Positions 59,226 through 64,000 of a stretch of DNA of 64,000 nucleotides are shown in pieces. The stretch is taken from NCBI GenBank assembly GCA_963698855.1, contig CAVOSK010000006.1:80661-144660 (forward strand), given 5' to 3'. A program made the translations under genes and the position numbers. Source of the DNA: an uncultured beta proteobacterium (GTDB lineage: Bacteria > Pseudomonadota > Gammaproteobacteria > Burkholderiales > Thiobacillaceae). Numbering within the stretch: position 1 is the first letter of the stretch; each line of letters begins with the position of its first letter. The notes beneath the pieces are model-generated. The model saw only the letters and a list, made by a program, of their open reading frames with translations. It ran no database searches and had not been told where the DNA came from.

Positions 59226-60593
59226 ATGTTGCACATCACCAATACCCTTACCCGCACCAAGGAAGCGTTCGTCCCCATCACTCCGGGCCAGATACGCATG
59301 TACGTGTGCGGCATGACCGTATACGACTTGTGCCATCTGGGGCACGCTCGGGTATTCGTGGTCTTCGACATGGTGACGCGCTGGCTGCGCGCCAGCGGGT
59401 ATCGCGTCGAGTACGTAAGGAACATAACGGACATCGACGACAAGATCATTAGGCGCGCGCAGGAAAATGGCGAAACGCCGGCCGCGCTGACCGAACGCTT
59501 CATTGCCGCAATGCACGAGGATGAGCGTGCGCTTGGCGTGCTGCCACCCGACCACGAGCCGCGGGCCACCGCCTATGTGGCGCAGATGTTGGCCCTGATC
59601 GCGCAACTGGAAAAAAATGGCCTGGCCTATCCGGCGCCTAATGGCGACGTCTATTACAGTGTGCGCGGATTTTCCGCCTATGGCCGCCTCTCCGGCAAGA
59701 GTCTGGACGAGTTGCGTGCCGGCGAGCGCGTGGAAGTGGATCCCAACAAGCGCGACCCCATGGATTTCGTGCTGTGGAAAGCTGCCAAGCAGGGTGAACC
59801 GGCCTGGGATTCGCCCTGGGGGCCGGGCCGCCCCGGTTGGCATATCGAATGCTCGGCGATGAGCGCGGACCTGCTCGGCAACCAGTTCGACATCCATGGT
59901 GGCGGTCAGGACCTGCAGTTTCCGCACCATGAAAACGAGATCGCCCAGTCAGAAGGCGCGCATGGCTGCCGCTTCGTGAACTACTGGATGCACAACGGCT
60001 TCGTGCGGGTGGACAACGAAAAGATGTCCAAATCGCTGGGCAACTTCTTCACCATCCGTGAAGTGCTGGGAAAGTACGATGCCGAAGTTGTGCGTTTCTT
60101 CATCCTGCGCGCACACTACCGCAGTCCGTTGAACTATTCGGACGCCCACCTGGACGATGCCAGGGGGGCGCTGACCCGCCTGTACACCGCGTTGAAAAAT
60201 GCCCCTCTGACAACGTCTGCACCCGACTGGAGCCAGCCGGTGGCACAGCGCTTCAGGGCGGCGATGAATGATGATTTCAATACTCCGGAAGCCTTCGCGG
60301 TGCTGTTCGAGTTGGCCGGCGAAGCGAATCGGGGTGACGCTGCTGCGGCGCAGACACTGCGCAGCCTGGGTGGGGTGCTGGGTCTGCTGCAGCGAGATAC
60401 AGCTGATTTCATGCAGGCTGGTGGATCCAGCGATGGCATGAGCGAGGCGGAAATCGAGGTGCTGATTGCGGCACGTCAGACTGCGCGCAAGGAAAAGGAC
60501 TTTGCCGAATCCGACCGTATTCGGGATAAGTTGATTGCGTCGGGAATCGTGCTGGAAGATGGCGCTGGCGGGACGACCTGGCGACGCGCTTGA
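59226..60593 (+). CDS. cysS: Cysteinyl-tRNA synthetase
   Basis: [33 protein letters not shown]. Confidence 0.99.
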   Translation: MLHITNTLTRTKEAFVPITPGQIRMYVCGMTVYDLCHLGHARVFVVFDMVTRWLRASGYRVEYVRNITDIDDKIIRRAQENGETPAALTERFIAAMHEDERALGVLPPDHEPRATAYVAQMLALIAQLEKNGLAYPAPNGDVYYSVRGFSAYGRLSGKSLDELRAGERVEVDPNKRDPMDFVLWKAAKQGEPAWDSPWGPGRPGWHIECSAMSADLLGNQFDIHGGGQDLQFPHHENEIAQSEGAHGCRFVNYWMHNGFVRVDNEKMSKSLGNFFTIREVLGKYDAEVVRFFILRAHYRSPLNYSDAHLDDARGALTRLYTALKNAPLTTSAPDWSQPVAQRFRAAMNDDFNTPEAFAVLFELAGEANRGDAAAAQTLRSLGGVLGLLQRDTADFMQAGGSSDGMSEAEIEVLIAARQTARKEKDFAESDRIRDKLIASGIVLEDGAGGTTWRRA

Positions 60594-60605
60594 AACGGCG
60601 TGCAA

Positions 60606-60638
60606 GAAAAAGGGGACGGCGCTGCCGTCCCCTTTTTT
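60606..60638. terminator. Bidirectional terminator
   Basis: AAAAAGGGGACGGC-GCT-GCCGTCCCCTTTTT. Confidence 0.88.
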
Positions 60639-60658
60639 TGGCTTTACGCTACCAGTAA

Positions 60659-61450
60659 TTACTGGGCGGGTGCGGCCGGTGCTGCTGTGGGTGCCGGCAT
60701 GAAGGCAGCCGGGTTGAACATCTGCAGCAATACGTTCGGGTCGAACGGGTTCGGGTAGGCGGCAGGTGCGCCCGCAGCCGGAGCGGCAACCGGAGCAGCC
60801 ATTGCGCCATAGGTGGCCGGATTCAACCAGGTGCCCCAGGTGCCATAGGTGGCGGGATTCATCGAGGCGCCCATCCAGCTGGTGTACAGAGCGGGGTTCA
60901 GGGGCTGCATCGACAACTGCATCAGACGCGGGTCCATTGGAGCCATCATCCACTTCATGTACATCGCGGGATTCAGGGTCTGCATGGCCATGTTGAGCGT
61001 TTGCGGATCCAGCGGCGACATCATCCAGCGCATGTATTTGCCGGGATCGAGCATCGGGGCCATCATCGCAGTGTAGAAGTTGGGATCCATCGAAGCGGCC
61101 ATCCACTTCATGTACATGTCGGGGTCGGCAAACTGCATGTAGTTGGCCAGCGAGCGCGGATCCATCATCGAACCCATCATCTTGTACCAGTTGCCTGGCT
61201 CCATCATGTTGATGCCCATCTGCGAGTAGAAGCTGGGCTCGGTCACGGCGTTGAACCAGGGCACGAACACCTTGGGGTCACGGTAGGCCGACGCATTGCG
61301 GGTAAAGTCGGTCATGCGCTCCAGCCACTGGGCACTGGTTTGCGGCGTGGCGGGGGCTGCGGCAGGGGCTGCAGCGGGTGCGGTACCATTGGCGAAAGCA
61401 GCGGAAACGGAAACCATTCCAAGGGCGAGAACAAGGGATTTCATTTTCAT
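60659..61450 (-). CDS. Secreted Met-rich repeat protein of unknown function
   Basis: GAAGGAG RBS, Sec signal ending AFA, 12 tandem 12-13-aa [DNE]P repeats, Ala/Pro tails, own terminator. Confidence 0.88.
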   Translation of the reverse strand: MKMKSLVLALGMVSVSAAFANGTAPAAAPAAAPATPQTSAQWLERMTDFTRNASAYRDPKVFVPWFNAVTEPSFYSQMGINMMEPGNWYKMMGSMMDPRSLANYMQFADPDMYMKWMAASMDPNFYTAMMAPMLDPGKYMRWMMSPLDPQTLNMAMQTLNPAMYMKWMMAPMDPRLMQLSMQPLNPALYTSWMGASMNPATYGTWGTWLNPATYGAMAAPVAAPAAGAPAAYPNPFDPNVLLQMFNPAAFMPAPTAAPAAPAQ

Positions 61451-61488
61451 GGACGACTCCTTCGGGGTTGATCAAACAAACAAGACAC

Positions 61489-61519
61489 AAACAAGATACG
61501 TAGATCCAGTATCTTGTTT
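61489..61519. promoter_or_regulatory. Perfect 11-bp inverted repeat in the predicted 5' UTR
   Basis: AAACAAGATAC-N9-GTATCTTGTTT. Confidence 0.6.
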
Positions 61520-61540
61520 ATATCAGCATATTGTCAATGC

Positions 61541-61581
61541 CTTATATTGGAGTTTGTTTATACTTGATTGATAATAATCAA
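61541..61581 (-). promoter_or_regulatory. FNR-type class II promoter for the Met-rich gene
   Basis: Perfect TTGAT-AATA-ATCAA at 61568-61581 and a minus-strand -10 TATAAG at 61546-61541, placing the box near -41.5. Confidence 0.75.
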
Positions 61582-61582
61582 T

Positions 61583-62038
61583 ATGAAATTCAACCAACTT
61601 GTCTACATCGGCGCGGTCAACTGGTTGCATCCCGCATGGAATGGTGCTTTTTACCCAGATGACCTGCCGGATGACTGGCTGTTGTCGTATTACAACACTC
61701 AATTTAATACAGTCTACCTGCCCGAATCGATCTGGCAGACCGTTCCGGGGTCCACCTGGGCGGTATGGTTGAACGAGACACAGGAAAGCTTCGTATTCGT
61801 GCTGGGGCCGGGTGCCTCGGAGTGCGCCGAGCCCGCATCGGAGCGCGTGTTGCTGGCGACTCAATCTTGGATGGCCGAGCACGTCTGGTGGCTGGATGAA
61901 CTCCCCGACTTGCGTGCTCTGACCCATCGTATCTCCCAACACGCGGTAACGGGGGAGCCTCTGTTTGTGTTCAGCCGCAGCGGGAATCTCGCCTTGATGG
62001 AAGAAGCAGATACCCTGAGACAGGTGATGGGTTACTAG
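61583..62038 (+). CDS. Short DUF72-like protein
   Basis: W.HPAWNGAFYPDDLPDDWLLSYYNTQFNTV resembles the DUF72 N-terminus. Confidence 0.6.
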   Translation: MKFNQLVYIGAVNWLHPAWNGAFYPDDLPDDWLLSYYNTQFNTVYLPESIWQTVPGSTWAVWLNETQESFVFVLGPGASECAEPASERVLLATQSWMAEHVWWLDELPDLRALTHRISQHAVTGEPLFVFSRSGNLALMEEADTLRQVMGY

Positions 62039-62091
62039 AATCCGCGATAAAACTGGTCAAGCCATGCTGGCCACGGGGTGCCTCCGTTAAA

Positions 62092-62940
62092 ATGGGCATT
62101 CACTTACAAGTAATTGGGTGCGTTTTCTTGCAAAACGACAATCTGGTCGAAATCGAAGATGTCGCATTTGGCTATGGAGATCGGCAGGTTCTGAAGGGAA
62201 TCAATCTGACTGCCAAACGCGGGCAGGTTATCGCTATCATGGGTAGCAGCGGTTGCGGAAAAACCACACTCCTGCGGCTGATTGGTGGGCAGATCAAGCC
62301 CCGCCAGGGAGAAGTGCGCGTGGCAGGCGAGTCGCTTGGCCATCTCAACCAGAATGGCCTTTACCGGTTGCGTCGCAAGATGGGCATGCTGTTCCAGTTC
62401 GGCGCGCTGTTTACCGACATGTCGGTATTCGACAACGTCGCATTCCAGTTGCGCGAGCATACCGACCTGCCCGAAGACGCCATTCGTGACCTGGTCCTGA
62501 TGAAATTGCATGCGGTGGGCTTGCGCGGCGCAGCGCAGTTGATGCCTGCTGAACTGTCCGGGGGCATGGCGCGGCGCGTGGCGCTGGCACGTGCGATAGC
62601 TCTGGAGCCCGCACTGGTGATGTTCGACGAGCCGTTCGCAGGGCTTGACCCCATTTCGCTTGGCGTGACCGGCAACTTGATTCGCCGACTCACCGATACT
62701 CTGGGGCTAACGTCACTGGTAGTGACCCATGACGTGCATGAATCGCTGAAAATCGTCGATTACGTCTATTTCGTTTCTGAAGGCGTGGTCGTGGCCGAGG
62801 GGACGGCGGATGAGATCCGTGCCTCCGACTTGCCTTATGTCCATCAATTCGTGCATGGCGAGGCCGATGGCCCGGTGCCTTTCCACTATTCGGCACCATC
62901 CTATGCAGATGACCTGCGTCTGGGCGTCCGGCATGCTTAG
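62092..62940 (+). CDS. mlaF: Mla ABC transporter ATPase (exact start uncertain)
   Basis: [43 protein letters not shown]. Confidence 0.93.
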   Translation: MGIHLQVIGCVFLQNDNLVEIEDVAFGYGDRQVLKGINLTAKRGQVIAIMGSSGCGKTTLLRLIGGQIKPRQGEVRVAGESLGHLNQNGLYRLRRKMGMLFQFGALFTDMSVFDNVAFQLREHTDLPEDAIRDLVLMKLHAVGLRGAAQLMPAELSGGMARRVALARAIALEPALVMFDEPFAGLDPISLGVTGNLIRRLTDTLGLTSLVVTHDVHESLKIVDYVYFVSEGVVVAEGTADEIRASDLPYVHQFVHGEADGPVPFHYSAPSYADDLRLGVRHA

Positions 62941-63721
62941 GCAGGCCATTGAAAACCTGGGAAACCGCACCCTGGAGGGGGTGTGGCGCATCGGTTATGC
63001 AACCCGCTTCTTTGTGGCGATTCTGCTGCATTCGGGTACGGCATTTCGCCGCTTCGGCCTCACCATCCGCGAAATGTATTTCAGTGGCGTGCTTTCGCTC
63101 GTCATCATTCTGGTCTCCGGCTTGTTCGTCGGCATGGTGCTGGGTTTACAGGGCTACGAAACCCTGCAAACCTATGGCTCGGAAGAGGCCCTCGGCATAC
63201 TGGTGGCGTTGTCGCTGGTACGGGAGTTGGGGCCGGTAGTGGCTGCCTTGCTGTTTGCCAGTCGTGCCGGCAGTGCAATCACGGCGGAAATCGGCCTGAT
63301 GAAGGCAACCGAGCAACTGTCGGCGATGGAGATGATGGCGGTGGATCCGATCGCCCGCGTGGTGGCGCCGCGCTTCTGGGCTGGCGTCATTTCGATGCCG
63401 TTGCTGGCAGCGCTGTTTTCGGCGATGGGGATTTTCGGCGGCTATCTGGTAGGGGTGCAACTGATCGGCGTGGATGAAGGTTCATTCTGGTCGCAAATGC
63501 AAAGTGCGGTCGATTTCGAGCAGGACATCATGAATGGCGTCATCAAGAGCGTGGTGTTCGGCGTCGCCATCACTGCCATTGCGTTGTACGAAGGCTACGA
63601 TGCCCCCCCGACTGCCGAGGGGGTATCAGGTGCCACTACCCGGACCGTGGTGGCCTCCAGCCTGGCCGTGCTCGCACTGGATTTTGTTTTGACTGCATTC
63701 ATGTTCCGGGGACTCAACTGA
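62933..63721 (+). CDS. mlaE: Mla ABC transporter permease
   Basis: [34 protein letters not shown]. Confidence 0.95.
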   Translation: MLRQAIENLGNRTLEGVWRIGYATRFFVAILLHSGTAFRRFGLTIREMYFSGVLSLVIILVSGLFVGMVLGLQGYETLQTYGSEEALGILVALSLVRELGPVVAALLFASRAGSAITAEIGLMKATEQLSAMEMMAVDPIARVVAPRFWAGVISMPLLAALFSAMGIFGGYLVGVQLIGVDEGSFWSQMQSAVDFEQDIMNGVIKSVVFGVAITAIALYEGYDAPPTAEGVSGATTRTVVASSLAVLALDFVLTAFMFRGLN

Positions 63722-63725
63722 AATC

Positions 63726-64000
63726 ATGAACAAGACCGTACTTGATCTCTGGGTGGGATTATTTGTCATCGCGGGCATCGCCGCGCTGCTGTTTCTGGCA
63801 CTCAAGGTCGGAAGCATGAACGCCGTAAACACTTCGGACAGCTATGAAGTCGTCGCACGTTTCGAAAACATAGGCGGCCTGAAGTCGCGGGCGCCGGTCA
63901 AGAGCGCGGGCGTGGTGGTGGGTCGGGTAACGGATGTCCACTTTGACAATGAATCCTACGAAGCCGCGGTTACGCTTCGACTGGACAAGCGCTATGCTTT
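63726..64000 (+). CDS. mlaD: MCE domain protein MlaD (truncated by window end)
   Basis: DLWVGLFV, FENIGGLKSRAPVKSAGVVVGRV. Confidence 0.93.
   Translation, partial: MNKTVLDLWVGLFVIAGIAALLFLALKVGSMNAVNTSDSYEVVARFENIGGLKSRAPVKSAGVVVGRVTDVHFDNESYEAAVTLRLDKRYA

Overview
Mostly core chromosome of a GC-rich betaproteobacterium, probably a Thiobacillus-like sulfur oxidiser (inferred from gene order and the DsrC-, DsrE- and rhodanese-type genes). Core blocks: bcp-smr-trxB / ftsK-ispD-ispF-thpR; tRNA-Val-thrS-infC-rpmI-rplT-pheS-pheT-ihfA-merR-tRNA-Pro; leuC-ecn-leuD-leuB-asd-fimV-truA-trpF-trpB-trpA-accD-folC-dedD-cvpA-purF-(SAM-II)-metZ; lpxH-ppiB-LD-transpeptidase-TPR / cysS; mlaF-mlaE-mlaD. A variable block of redox, periplasmic and transport genes lies at about 17.4-37.7 kb. 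Many essential genes carry single-base frameshifts, almost certainly sequencing errors. The three most notable items are: (1) a secreted, Cys/His-free, about 14% Met protein built from 12-13-aa [DNE]P repeats (60659-61450), behind a perfect FNR box at class II spacing and a hairpin 5' UTR; (2) a lipoprotein gene (446-1132) bracketed by about 400-bp inverted, highly structured composite arms with no transposase in view, resembling a non-autonomous REP-type cassette; (3) a 265-bp TA-flanked MITE (28769-29033). All of this was read by eye; no database searches were run.
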